Shown: positions 1-12,145 of the stretch, piece after piece
Layout: the number at the start of each line of letters is the position of its first letter
Numbering within the stretch: the first letter of the stretch is position 1
Assembly (NCBI GenBank): GCA_035285865.1
Contig: JAYKHS010000011.1
Location: forward strand, 128,172-192,171
DNA length: 64,000 nucleotides
Origin: Candidatus Sericytochromatia bacterium
Lineage (GTDB): Bacteria > Cyanobacteriota > Sericytochromatia > S15B-MN24 > VGJW01
Direction of reading: 5' to 3'
Program-made: the position numbers and the translations under genes
Notes under the pieces: model-generated
What the model was told of the DNA's origin: nothing
What the model saw: only the letters and a program-made list of their open reading frames with translations
The model's database searches: none

Positions 1-1220
1 CAGCGCACGAGCGCCTGTACGGCAGCCAGTGCATCGATGCGGCCGGCACCGAACGCGGTATCGAAGCCCGGCTCACCGAGATCCACCGAGGTCTTTCGAA
101 TGTGCTCGGCCACCTCGGCGGCCGTCCACTCCGGCCTGAGATTCCAGACCATGGAAGCCAACGCCGCAACCAACGGAGTGGCCATCGAGGTCCCTGACAA
201 GACCTGATACTTGTCATAGCGATCGGTTGAAAGAATCTTGGATCCGGGGGCTGTGACGCTGATGTGGCTGCCACGATTCGAGAACCCGGATCGGGTGTCG
301 TCCGCGCGGGTTGAACCCACCGCGAGGACACCGGGGTAGGCTGCCGGATAGCTCGGTTCGTCGCTGTCCTCATTGCCCATGGCGGCAACGACGAGGACAC
401 CCTCGCCGACGGCCCACTTGATGGCCTGTGACAGCGTGAAGTTCTTCTGGGGGGCACCAAGTGACAGGCTGACGACCTTGGCGCCCCGGTCGACGGCATG
501 CACGATGCCCTGAGCAATCTGGTCGTAGGTCCCCATGCCTTCCCAGTCCAGAGCCTTGACGACCAGCACCGGGGTATCGGGCGCACCGCCTGCGACACCA
601 ACGCCATTCCCGGTAGCAGCGCCGACGATACCGGCACAGTGCGTGCCGTGGAAGTGGTCATCCTTGGGATCCGGATCCTGATTGACGAAGTCCCAGCCGG
701 ATACAACCTTGTCCTTCAGGTCCTCGTGGCGAATGTCCGCACCGGTATCGACGACGGCAACCGACCGCCGAGAACCTCCTCGGGCAAGGGTCCAAGCCTC
801 GGGAAAGCGGCACTTGCCGAGGGCCCACTGCTCACCAAGCATGGGATCGTCCGCGGCGCGCAAGCTGAAGGAGGGGGGACGTACCGAGGGAGGCTCATCC
901 TGCCTCGGCAGTCCGAGACCTGCACGCCCGTTCGGCTCGGCCCAAGCCGCGCCCGGCAAGTGACGCGCACGCGCAGCGAACGCCGCCGGGTCGGCTGCGG
1001 CGTATACTTCCAAGCCGAGGCGCGCCACACGCCGGACAGGCGCCACACCCATCGCCTTGCGGCCTTGCACGGCCAACGCACCGGGTGCCCACGCCACGAC
1101 GACCTCCCGGACGGAAGTGGCCTGAACCCGGGAGCCTGAGGCGGCCAGCGGCGTTCTTGCAGCAGGAAGACTGCCGCAGCCGACCAGGCCCAGCAAGGTC
1201 AAGGCGATGAAACGATTCAC
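1..1220 (-). CDS. S8 family (subtilisin-like) serine peptidase, lipoprotein; stop codon probably cut by the window edge
   Basis: Not in the ORF track; read manually. GTG at 1220 with GGAGG upstream, MNRFIALTLLGLVGC lipobox. Triad motifs VAVVDTG, HGTHCAG, GTSMATP; ends GAGRIDALAAVQALVR followed by TG at the edge. Confidence 0.92.
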   Translation of the reverse strand, partial: MNRFIALTLLGLVGCGSLPAARTPLAASGSRVQATSVREVVVAWAPGALAVQGRKAMGVAPVRRVARLGLEVYAAADPAAFAARARHLPGAAWAEPNGRAGLGLPRQDEPPSVRPPSFSLRAADDPMLGEQWALGKCRFPEAWTLARGGSRRSVAVVDTGADIRHEDLKDKVVSGWDFVNQDPDPKDDHFHGTHCAGIVGAATGNGVGVAGGAPDTPVLVVKALDWEGMGTYDQIAQGIVHAVDRGAKVVSLSLGAPQKNFTLSQAIKWAVGEGVLVVAAMGNEDSDEPSYPAAYPGVLAVGSTRADDTRSGFSNRGSHISVTAPGSKILSTDRYDKYQVLSGTSMATPLVAALASMVWNLRPEWTAAEVAEHIRKTSVDLGEPGFDTAFGAGRIDALAAVQALVR

Positions 1221-1326
1221 CAAGGACGCCTCCAGAACAAACGGCGAACAGGTCTTGTAAAGAACGGTTTAACATTGGAATAATAACCTTATAACCGACC
1301 TGATACAAGTCCCCCCGAGGTAGCCG
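1221..1326. promoter_or_regulatory. AT-rich divergent promoter region between the S8 peptidase and the OPT gene
   Basis: Markedly AT-rich stretch (ggtttaacattggaataataaccttataacc) between divergent starts, with -10-like hexamers on both strands. Exact boxes not resolved. Confidence 0.45.
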
Positions 1327-3615
1327 ATGGCCGTCCAGCAACCGACCCGTGAGGAGCCTGCGACGGCTTTCCGTCCCTACATCCCGGATCATGCATCACT
1401 GCGCGAGTTCGGTATCCTGCCCCTCCTCGTGGGGACCCTGCTCGGTGCCGTGTTCGGGGCCTCGTCCCTCTATCTGGTGCTCAAGGTCGGTCTCACCGTT
1501 TCAGCCTCCATCCCGGTTGCCGTGCTCTCCATAGCGCTGTTCCGACTGCTGGGCAAGTTCGGTGTCCGTCCGGCAACCATCCTCGAGAACAACCTTGTCC
1601 AGACCGCGGGCTCGGCTGGTGAGTCCATCGCCTTCGGGGTTGGGGTCACGATGCCGGCCATCCTGATTCTGGGCTTCGACCTCGAGCTCACGCGCGTGAT
1701 GCTGGTGGCCACGCTGGGCGGGTTGCTCGGCATCATGCTGATGATTCCGCTTCGCAGGGCACTCATCGTCAAGCAGCATGGCGTGCTTGCCTACCCCGAG
1801 GGCACGGCCTGTGCCGAGGTCCTGAAGGCAGCAGCCTCGCCCGAGTCCCGTGCAGCCGCATCCGGGGCAGAAGGTGCGACAACGACGTCGGTGACAGACC
1901 CGGCCAGTGCACGGGCCATCTTCGGGGGGTTCGGCCTGGGCTTCGTGTACCAGATCCTGATGCTGGGCCTGAAAGGCTGGAAGGAAGTTCCGGAGAGGGT
2001 CTTCGGTGCCCCGCTGGCCGGTGGTTCCGTCGGTGCGGAGGTCTCGCCCGCCCTGCTGGGCGTCGGCTACATCATCGGTCCCCGGGTGGCCGCCGTGATG
2101 ACCGCAGGCGGCGTGCTGGCATACCTGGTCTTCATCCCGGCCATCCGCTACTTCGGAGGCTCGGGCATCATTCCGCCCGGTCTGGTGCCCATCGACAGCA
2201 TGGCGCCGGGGCAGATCCGCGGAACCTATCTGCTGTACATCGGAGCCGGAGCCGTGGCCACCGGTGGCATCATCAGCCTGTTCCGCTCCCTGCCCCTGAT
2301 CGGCCACAGCATCCTTGCCGGACTCGATGACCTGCGCGGCAGCCGGGAGGCGGGCTCGGAGGCCGTGCGACCCCGAACCGACCGGGACCTTCCGCTGGGT
2401 CTCGTGCTTGGCGGAATCCTGTTGCTGATCGCCGGCATCCTTGCCGCGCCATCCCTGCATATGAACCTGCTAGGCGCCCTGATGATCCTGCTCTTCGGAG
2501 CCCTCTTCGCGACCGTTTCGTCGCGCATCACGGGCGAGATCGGCTCCTCGTCGAACCCCATCTCGGGCATGACGGTGGCGACCCTGTTGCTGACCTGCCT
2601 GGTCTTTCTCGGCCTTGGCTGGACCAGCCACAACGACTACGTCACGGCCCTGTCGGTCGGTGCCATCGTCTGCATCGCCGCATCCAATGCCGGCACGACC
2701 TCTCAGGACCTCAAGACCGGCCACCTCGTCGGAGCCACGCCGCGCCTCCAGCAGATTGCCATCCTCTTCGGGGCCTTCGCTTCGGCCCTTGCGCTGGGCC
2801 CCGTACTGCTCGGACTCAATCAGGCCGCGACGGTCTACGTCCCCCAGAAGGTCGTGCTCACGGAAGGAGCCAGCACCAGCGTCCGGGTGGCCTTCCCGGA
2901 AGGCTTCCGGGCTCCTGTGGGCGAATTGGGCAATGAGGAGCGCCTCGAAGGCCCGCAAGCAGTCGACGACAGGGCGACCTACCGCGTCTGGCAGCAGCAG
3001 GATCCCGATCGAGGGCCTGTCGGCAAGTACCTCTGCCGCGAAGATGGAACCGTGACCTGGCTCGTGGATCCCGGCATCAACGGCAGTTGGGACCGGCGAC
3101 CGGACGGTACGACGGTAGCCAAGTACGATGCCCCGAAGGCCACGCTGATGAGCTACATCATCAAGGGAATCCTCAATCGGGAGCTGCCTTGGACCCTGGT
3201 GATTCTCGGTGGCTTCGTCAGCATCGTCCTCGAACTGGCGGGCATTCCCTCCCTCGCCTTTGCCGTCGGCCTGTACCTGCCTCTGGCGGCCTCGGTGCCC
3301 ATCATGGTCGGTGGCGCCATCCGCTGGTGGGTCGATCGACGCAAGCCAGCGCTCGAGGGCGATGCTGACGAGGGCAGTCCCGGCGTCCTTCTGGCCTCTG
3401 GCTACATTGCCGGTGGTGCATTGGCCGGAATCGTCATCGCCTTCCTCGCAGGCGTGACGCAGGCCTTCTCGGCCTCGGTCGAGGAGTGGTCGACCGAGCA
3501 CAACCCGTTCTTCGCGGGCCCATGGTCGGACGCCCTGTCGCTCCTGCCGTTTGGCCTCCTGGCATTGCTGCTGCTCAACGTCGCTTCCCGCCGACCGAAC
3601 AGCCCTCGCGCCTAG
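1327..3615 (+). CDS. OPT family oligopeptide transporter
   Basis: Multi-TM protein with YLVLKVGLTVSASIP, ENNLVQTAGSAGES, YPEGTACAEVL, SSNPISGMTVATL, SQDLKTG. Confidence 0.93.
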   Translation: MAVQQPTREEPATAFRPYIPDHASLREFGILPLLVGTLLGAVFGASSLYLVLKVGLTVSASIPVAVLSIALFRLLGKFGVRPATILENNLVQTAGSAGESIAFGVGVTMPAILILGFDLELTRVMLVATLGGLLGIMLMIPLRRALIVKQHGVLAYPEGTACAEVLKAAASPESRAAASGAEGATTTSVTDPASARAIFGGFGLGFVYQILMLGLKGWKEVPERVFGAPLAGGSVGAEVSPALLGVGYIIGPRVAAVMTAGGVLAYLVFIPAIRYFGGSGIIPPGLVPIDSMAPGQIRGTYLLYIGAGAVATGGIISLFRSLPLIGHSILAGLDDLRGSREAGSEAVRPRTDRDLPLGLVLGGILLLIAGILAAPSLHMNLLGALMILLFGALFATVSSRITGEIGSSSNPISGMTVATLLLTCLVFLGLGWTSHNDYVTALSVGAIVCIAASNAGTTSQDLKTGHLVGATPRLQQIAILFGAFASALALGPVLLGLNQAATVYVPQKVVLTEGASTSVRVAFPEGFRAPVGELGNEERLEGPQAVDDRATYRVWQQQDPDRGPVGKYLCREDGTVTWLVDPGINGSWDRRPDGTTVAKYDAPKATLMSYIIKGILNRELPWTLVILGGFVSIVLELAGIPSLAFAVGLYLPLAASVPIMVGGAIRWWVDRRKPALEGDADEGSPGVLLASGYIAGGALAGIVIAFLAGVTQAFSASVEEWSTEHNPFFAGPWSDALSLLPFGLLALLLLNVASRRPNSPRA

Positions 3616-3657
3616 ACCGATCGCGGGCCATGCTCCCCTCTATCGGGGGGCATCGGC

Positions 3658-5241
3658 ATGGCCCGTGACGTCTTCTACTCGATCCGCCTGGGATCCTTTC
3701 AGGATAGCGACGGCGATGGCATCGGGGATCTGGGCGGCCTGATCGGGCGCCTCGATCACCTCGTGTCGCTGGGCGTGACGGTCATCTGGTTGCTGCCGAT
3801 ACATCCTTCGCCCGGACGTGATGATGGCTATGATGTCAGCGACTACCTGGAAGTGGACGCCCGATATGGCAGTCCCGAGGACTTCAGGAAGCTGGTCGCG
3901 GCCGTCCACGCACGCGGCCTTCGCCTGATCCTCGATCTGGTCCTCAACCACACGTCGCGTGCGCATCCGTGGTTCGTGCGTGCGCGCCATGCGCCATCTG
4001 ACCATCCCGACCGCGCCTGGTACGTCTGGAGTCCGACCCCGGATCGCTACCCGCAGGCAAGAGTCATCTTCGCCGAGGAGGAACCTGCCAACTGGTCATG
4101 GGATCCAGTGGCCGGCGCCTGGTATTGGCACCGGTTCTATCGGGAGCAGCCTGACCTCAACTGGGAACATCCCCCGGTGCGTGCGGCGATGCTGCACGTG
4201 ATCGACCATTGGCTGGATCAGGGCGTGGACGGTTTTCGCCTCGACGCCCTGCCCTACCTGCATGAGGCAGAGGACAGCCCATGCGAGGGCCTGCCGGAGA
4301 CCCATGCCACGCTGCAGGCAATCGCCCGCCATGTCCGGGCGCGGCGGAAGGACGCCATCCTGCTGGGGGAGGCCAACGGTAGCCTCGAGGGCATCCGCAC
4401 CTACTTCGGCCACGGGCAGGGCTGCAGCCACATGCTGCACTTCCGGCGCATGACCGCCACCTATCTTGCGGTGGCCCGCGAGGCGGCAGAGCCACTGGCT
4501 GCTGTCCTCGGAACCGAAGGCCGCCCCCCGGCAGGCTGCCGCTGGGCAACCTTCCTGCGCAACCATGACGAACTCACGACCGAGCATCTGTCGGATGCCG
4601 ATCGAGAACTCCTCCTGGCTCGATTCGCACCACGCGGAGGCCAGCGACGGTTTGGCGGGATTCGCAGGCGACTCGCACCCCTAGCGGGTGATGCGAGGCT
4701 ATGGCAGTTGCTTCACGCCCTCTGGCTGCTTTCCCCAGGCGACCCCGTCCTCTGGTACGGGGACGAGATTGCCATGGGGGACGCCCCCGGCCTCCCGGAC
4801 CGCATGAGCGTCAGGACACCGATGTTGTGGGACGAGGGAGCATCCGCAGGCTTCACGACGGCCCGTGAAGAAGACCTGCCGCTGCCGCTTGCCCGTGCAC
4901 GTGGCGGGCCTGTGTCCATCCAGGCGACCGCCACACGGTCTGCGCTGGGCTTCGTGCGACAGTTGCTCGCCATCCGCAGGGCCCATCCCGAGATCGAGGA
5001 CGGCAGGCGCCGAATCGAGCACGCCGGTTCGCTTCTGGTCGTGAGCCCCCCGGCCGGTGCGTCAGGGTTGCTGGTCGTCGCATGGGTCGGAAGGACAGGA
5101 GGCGTCGTGGATCATGCCCTCGAGGTCGGCTCGGATGCGCGGGTGGAGCGTTTGATCGGAGGCCGGACTCTGACCCTTGTCGGAGGCAAGCTGCATGGGC
5201 GAATGGGACCTTGGGGCCTTGCGGTGCTTGCCGTGCGGTAG
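3658..5241 (+). CDS. treS: GH13 alpha-amylase family protein, trehalose synthase (TreS)-like
   Basis: [66 protein letters not shown]. Confidence 0.8.
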   Translation: MARDVFYSIRLGSFQDSDGDGIGDLGGLIGRLDHLVSLGVTVIWLLPIHPSPGRDDGYDVSDYLEVDARYGSPEDFRKLVAAVHARGLRLILDLVLNHTSRAHPWFVRARHAPSDHPDRAWYVWSPTPDRYPQARVIFAEEEPANWSWDPVAGAWYWHRFYREQPDLNWEHPPVRAAMLHVIDHWLDQGVDGFRLDALPYLHEAEDSPCEGLPETHATLQAIARHVRARRKDAILLGEANGSLEGIRTYFGHGQGCSHMLHFRRMTATYLAVAREAAEPLAAVLGTEGRPPAGCRWATFLRNHDELTTEHLSDADRELLLARFAPRGGQRRFGGIRRRLAPLAGDARLWQLLHALWLLSPGDPVLWYGDEIAMGDAPGLPDRMSVRTPMLWDEGASAGFTTAREEDLPLPLARARGGPVSIQATATRSALGFVRQLLAIRRAHPEIEDGRRRIEHAGSLLVVSPPAGASGLLVVAWVGRTGGVVDHALEVGSDARVERLIGGRTLTLVGGKLHGRMGPWGLAVLAVR

Positions 5242-5276
5242 AATCGAGCAGTTGTTGCACGACTCAGGAGAGCCCG

Positions 5277-8000
<2,724 letters not shown>

Positions 8001-8016
8001 GACGACGCCTCGGTCG

Positions 8017-8058
8017 GCAGCACGGCCCCTTGGAGGACACTCCGGGGGGCCGTGCTGC
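8017..8058. terminator. long hairpin after acnA (terminator-like, no U-tract)
   Basis: GCAGCACGGCCCCTTGGAG-GACA-CTCCGGGGGGCCGTGCTGC, 19-bp stem with two G-U pairs, between convergent genes. Confidence 0.6.
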
Positions 8059-8103
8059 TCCCGGTCATCCGGCATGGAGGCAAGAGGCCCCTGGCCAACG
8101 AGA

Positions 8104-8133
8104 AGCGGGGCCCCTCATCCGAGGTGCCCCGCT
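8104..8133. terminator. second hairpin, 3' of the minus-strand S8 gene
   Basis: AGCGGGGC-C-CCTC-ATCC-GAGG-T-GCCCCGCT inverted repeat. Confidence 0.5.
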
Positions 8134-8154
8134 ATCCTTGGGCAGGCCTGCGGC

Positions 8155-9405
8155 CTACTTCATGACTGCCTTGTAGGCATCGACACGACCAGCGCCCGAG
8201 TTAGAGTCCGGGCCGGGATTGTCGATGTCGATGGCCGTCGAAACCAGCCGGTCCTTGATGACCTTGGGGCTGCGCTCGATGCCGCGTCCGAGCATCAGGG
8301 CCATCACGCCAGCGGTGATCGGCGTCGAGAAGGAGGTTCCATTGGTGGAGCCATAGCCGCCACCCATCTTCAGCGTGAAGATGTTGACGCCCGGGGCCGC
8401 AACGGAGCACCAGCTGCCACGGGTGGAGAAGTCCGCCACCCGATCCTTGTTGTCCGTCGCGCCGACCGCGATCAGGTCAGGGACTTCATTGCCGGCGAAA
8501 GCCGAGGGGACATTTTTGCTGACCGTGCCCGTGTTGCCCATCGAACAGGCCATGGGAGTGCCCTTGGCCATCACGGCCTCGGCTGCGCGCTTCGTCGCCT
8601 GGACGGCCGTGGGGTACTCGGCCATGTTCGGCTTGAACGAGAGGCTCATCGTGATCATGTCGGCATTGTCCGCGGCCCACAGCATCGCTTCGCATACGGA
8701 AGAAGCCGAGTTGCCAACCTTGACCGGGACAATCCGGGCGTTCGGAGCGACACCGGAGATGCCCTTGCCGTTGTTGGAAACAGCACCGACAAGCCCTGCC
8801 GTCATCGTGCCGTGGCCCTGGCCATCCTGCGGGGGACGACCGGGCTGATCGAAGTTGGCTCCCTCCTCAAGGACGCCCTGAAGGTCGGGATGCTTGAGGT
8901 CGACGCCCGTATCGACGACAGCGACCTTCACGGTCCTGAGATTGCCGGCCTCGGCCCAGATCTTGGGAATGCCCATGGTGTCGAGGTACCACTGGTCCTT
9001 GCGATTGGGGTCAGCGTCCGAGTAGGCGCGGAAGCCGGGGAGGGCAACCGCCTCCTGCATCACGGGGATGTCCACCTCGGGCATGAGTTCGGACTCAACG
9101 AAGCTTACACCGGGCAAGGATGCGAGACGCTGCCGGGCCTTTGTCAGGTTACCCTGGACCTCGAAGACCTCCATCGCGAGCCGCGGCATCTTCTTGACGG
9201 AGGCAACGCCAGCGCCCTGGACGAGGGCAGCGGACCGCGCCGCCGTGGCGCCGTCCTTGAAGCCGACGATGAGGCGGCGCGCGAAGACAGCGCGAGCACC
9301 CATCAGGCTCGTGTCCTGCTTCATGCCGGTGACGGCAGGGGTCTGGACGCCGCAACCGACGAGCGTGACGGCGAGCAGGCCAAGGGCGCGGGACTTCAGG
9401 TTCAA
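8155..9405 (-). CDS. S8 family serine peptidase, lipoprotein
   Basis: TTG start with GAGGAG, LVGC lipobox, propeptide-like RRLIVGFKDG. VAVVDTG, HGTMTAG, GTSFSTP. Confidence 0.92.
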   Translation of the reverse strand: MNLKSRALGLLAVTLVGCGVQTPAVTGMKQDTSLMGARAVFARRLIVGFKDGATAARSAALVQGAGVASVKKMPRLAMEVFEVQGNLTKARQRLASLPGVSFVESELMPEVDIPVMQEAVALPGFRAYSDADPNRKDQWYLDTMGIPKIWAEAGNLRTVKVAVVDTGVDLKHPDLQGVLEEGANFDQPGRPPQDGQGHGTMTAGLVGAVSNNGKGISGVAPNARIVPVKVGNSASSVCEAMLWAADNADMITMSLSFKPNMAEYPTAVQATKRAAEAVMAKGTPMACSMGNTGTVSKNVPSAFAGNEVPDLIAVGATDNKDRVADFSTRGSWCSVAAPGVNIFTLKMGGGYGSTNGTSFSTPITAGVMALMLGRGIERSPKVIKDRLVSTAIDIDNPGPDSNSGAGRVDAYKAVMK

Positions 9406-9525
9406 GGCGGTTCTCCTCAGCCGGGGGACACGAGAGGTAAAGGCTGAGTGAACTATAGACCAAAGAATGCTTGAACTTGCCTGTTTGGCAGCTGTTATTT
9501 CAAATTTCGGCTGCCGTCGCGGGAT

Positions 9526-10923
9526 TCAGGCGTGAATGGCCTTGCCGGTGACGGCAAGCGCGGCTTCCTTCAGGACCTCGGCAAGCGTGGGATGCGCATG
9601 CGAGGCCATGGCTAGGTCCTCGCTGCTGGCCCCGAAGGCTATCGAGACGGCCGCCTCGGCAATCAGGTCGCCGGCCCTCGGGCCAATGACATGGACACCC
9701 AGGACCCGATCCGTCTCGGCGTGCGCCAGAATGATGGCCTTGCCGTCGATGTGACCGAGCGCCCTGGCCCGGCCGTTCCCCCTGAAAGAGAAGGTGCCCT
9801 TCCGGAAGGGGATGCCTTCCCGTTCGAGTTCTTCGGACGTTCGGCCCACGGAGGCAATCTCGGGCTCCGTGTAGACCACGGCCGGGATGCTCATGTAGTC
9901 CACGTGTCCGTGGCCGCGGACGATGATGTCGACGCACGCCACCCCCTCCTCCTCGGCCTTGTGGGCAAGCATCGGGCCGCGGACCAGGTCACCGATGGCG
10001 TAGACGCCAGGCGCCGAGGTTCTGAAATGTTCGTCAACGGGCACGATCCCGCGGGGACCGGTCTCGATGCCGACCGTTTCGAGGCCGAGGCCATCCGTAT
10101 TGGGCACGCGGCCCGTAGCCAGCAGCACCTTGTTGCCGATGACGGGCTCCGCTCCCTCGATGCGGACCGCGACCCGACCGTCCTCGAGCAGATCCGTACC
10201 CAGCACCTTGACTCCGAGTCGGAACGTCAGGCCCTGACGGCCGAAAATCCGCTCGGCCTCGCGGGCGAGCTCGGGCTCCATCCCGCCAAGCAGGCGCGGC
10301 AGGTATTCGAGCACCGTCACCTGCGCGCCCAGACGGGCCCACACCGAACCCAACTCGAGCCCGATGACCCCTCCACCGATGACGACAAGATGCTCCGGAA
10401 CCTTGTCGTAGGCGAGTGCCTCCGTGCTCGTGCCGACGTGAACGCCGTCCACGGTGACACCGTTGAGCGAAGCTACTTTCGAGCCGGTTGCGAGGATGAC
10501 ATTCGTGGCCGTGAGGGTTGTCTCCGCGCCGGACTCATCCCGTACCACGACGGTTCCCGGCCCAGCGAGGCGCCCCCGCCCGACGAATCGGCTGACGCCA
10601 TTCTTGCGGAAAAGCCCGTCGATGCCCTGGGTCAGGGCCTGGACCACCTCATCCTTGCGCGCCATCATCGTCGTCAGATCCAGGCTGACGCCTGCGACAC
10701 GGACGCCATGAGCCTCGAGACCCGACCGAGCCTCGTGGAAACGCTCGCTTGACTCCAGCAGGGCCTTGCTGGGGATGCACCCCACCCGAAGGCACGTCCC
10801 GCCAAGCCGCGCCTCCAGCTCCACGCACGCCGTTCGCAAGCCGGCCTGCGCCCCCCGGATGGCAGCGACATAGCCGCCCGGACCTCCACCGATGACGACG
10901 AGATCGAACTGCTGGGTCTCCAC
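9526..10923 (-). CDS. lpdA: dihydrolipoamide dehydrogenase (E3)
   Basis: GGGPGGYVAAI, GGTCLRVGCIPSK, MLAHKAEEEG, HAHPTLAE. Confidence 0.97.
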   Translation of the reverse strand: METQQFDLVVIGGGPGGYVAAIRGAQAGLRTACVELEARLGGTCLRVGCIPSKALLESSERFHEARSGLEAHGVRVAGVSLDLTTMMARKDEVVQALTQGIDGLFRKNGVSRFVGRGRLAGPGTVVVRDESGAETTLTATNVILATGSKVASLNGVTVDGVHVGTSTEALAYDKVPEHLVVIGGGVIGLELGSVWARLGAQVTVLEYLPRLLGGMEPELAREAERIFGRQGLTFRLGVKVLGTDLLEDGRVAVRIEGAEPVIGNKVLLATGRVPNTDGLGLETVGIETGPRGIVPVDEHFRTSAPGVYAIGDLVRGPMLAHKAEEEGVACVDIIVRGHGHVDYMSIPAVVYTEPEIASVGRTSEELEREGIPFRKGTFSFRGNGRARALGHIDGKAIILAHAETDRVLGVHVIGPRAGDLIAEAAVSIAFGASSEDLAMASHAHPTLAEVLKEAALAVTGKAIHA

Positions 10924-10925
10924 GG

Positions 10926-12101
10926 CTAGACCTCCAGCAGCATGCGGGCCGGGGACTCGAGGCAGTCCTTGATGCGCCGCAGGAAGGTCACGGCCTCGCG
11001 ACCGTCCACCAACCGGTGATCATACGTGAGCGCCAGATACATCATGGGCCGCAAGACGACTTGCCCATCGACGCCGACGGGACGCTCCTGGATGGCGTGC
11101 ATGCCCAGCACGGCGCTCTGGGGCGGATTGACAATGGGTGTCGAGAGCATGGACCCGTAGATGCCGCCGTTGCTGATGGTGAACGTGCCACCCTGCATCT
11201 CCTCGGGCTTGAGCTTGCCTGCCTGGGCCCGCGTTCCGAAGTCGGCGATGGCCTTTTCGATGTCGGCAAAGCCCAGACGGTCGGCATCGCGCAGGACAGG
11301 GACCACGAGGCCCTTGCCGCTGCCGACGGCCACACCGATGTCGAAGTAATGCTTGTAGATGATGTCCGTGCCCCGAACCTCGGCGTTGATCGCCGGGAAG
11401 GCCCTGAGCGCGTCCACGGAAGCCCGCACGAAGAAAGACATGAAGCCAAGCTTGACGCCATGCCGATCCTTGAAGCCCTCGCCGTGCTGCTTGCGCAGGT
11501 TCATGACCGCCGACATGTCCACCTCATTGAAGGTCGTCAGCAAGGCGGCATCCTGTTTGGCCTGAACCAGACGCTCGGCGATGCGCCGACGCAGGGAGGT
11601 CATCGGCACGACCTCCTCGGACCTGGCCGCCGCCCGGGGCGCGGCCGCCGCCCGCAGCGCATCCTCCTTGAGCAGACGTCCACCTGGTCCTGTGGCCGCA
11701 GCATCCGCTGCCGTGAGTCCAGCATCTGCCAGCACGCGCGCCGCAGCAGGCATGACGACCGGAGCAGCCTTGGTCGGTGCGCCGGAGGCTGGCTCGATGA
11801 CCGGCGGAGCGGCTGCAGGCGCCGCGGATGCGGAAGCTGGAGGCTCGACTGGGGGAGCAGCCGACTCCTCGACCCGGGCGATGACCTCACCGACCTTGGC
11901 GGCAGCGCCCTCGACCTTCAGAACCTCGAGCAGCACGCCATCTGCGGGCGCAGGCACTTCGAGCGTGGCCTTGTCCGACTCGATCAGCACCACCGTCTCG
12001 TCCCGGCGGACGCGCTCGCCCTGCTTGCGGGCCCACGGGCCGAGCGTCACGTCGGTGATGGACTCGCCGACACTGGGCACGACGATGTCGCGAACGGTCA
12101 T
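10926..12101 (-). CDS. sucB: 2-oxoglutarate dehydrogenase E2, dihydrolipoyl succinyltransferase
   Basis: VPSVGESIT and ESDKATLEV lipoyl domain, [19 protein letters not shown] at 12101 with GAGG RBS. Confidence 0.96.
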   Translation of the reverse strand: MTVRDIVVPSVGESITDVTLGPWARKQGERVRRDETVVLIESDKATLEVPAPADGVLLEVLKVEGAAAKVGEVIARVEESAAPPVEPPASASAAPAAAPPVIEPASGAPTKAAPVVMPAAARVLADAGLTAADAAATGPGGRLLKEDALRAAAAPRAAARSEEVVPMTSLRRRIAERLVQAKQDAALLTTFNEVDMSAVMNLRKQHGEGFKDRHGVKLGFMSFFVRASVDALRAFPAINAEVRGTDIIYKHYFDIGVAVGSGKGLVVPVLRDADRLGFADIEKAIADFGTRAQAGKLKPEEMQGGTFTISNGGIYGSMLSTPIVNPPQSAVLGMHAIQERPVGVDGQVVLRPMMYLALTYDHRLVDGREAVTFLRRIKDCLESPARMLLEV

Positions 12102-12145
12102 GGTCTTCCTCTCGGGTTGTGAATGCGGGACACGTCCCGCGTGGT

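Noticed and set aside
498..1139. 213-aa plus-strand ORF
   Set aside because: Shadow of the minus-strand S8 gene at 1-1220, which the track omits because it runs off the edge.
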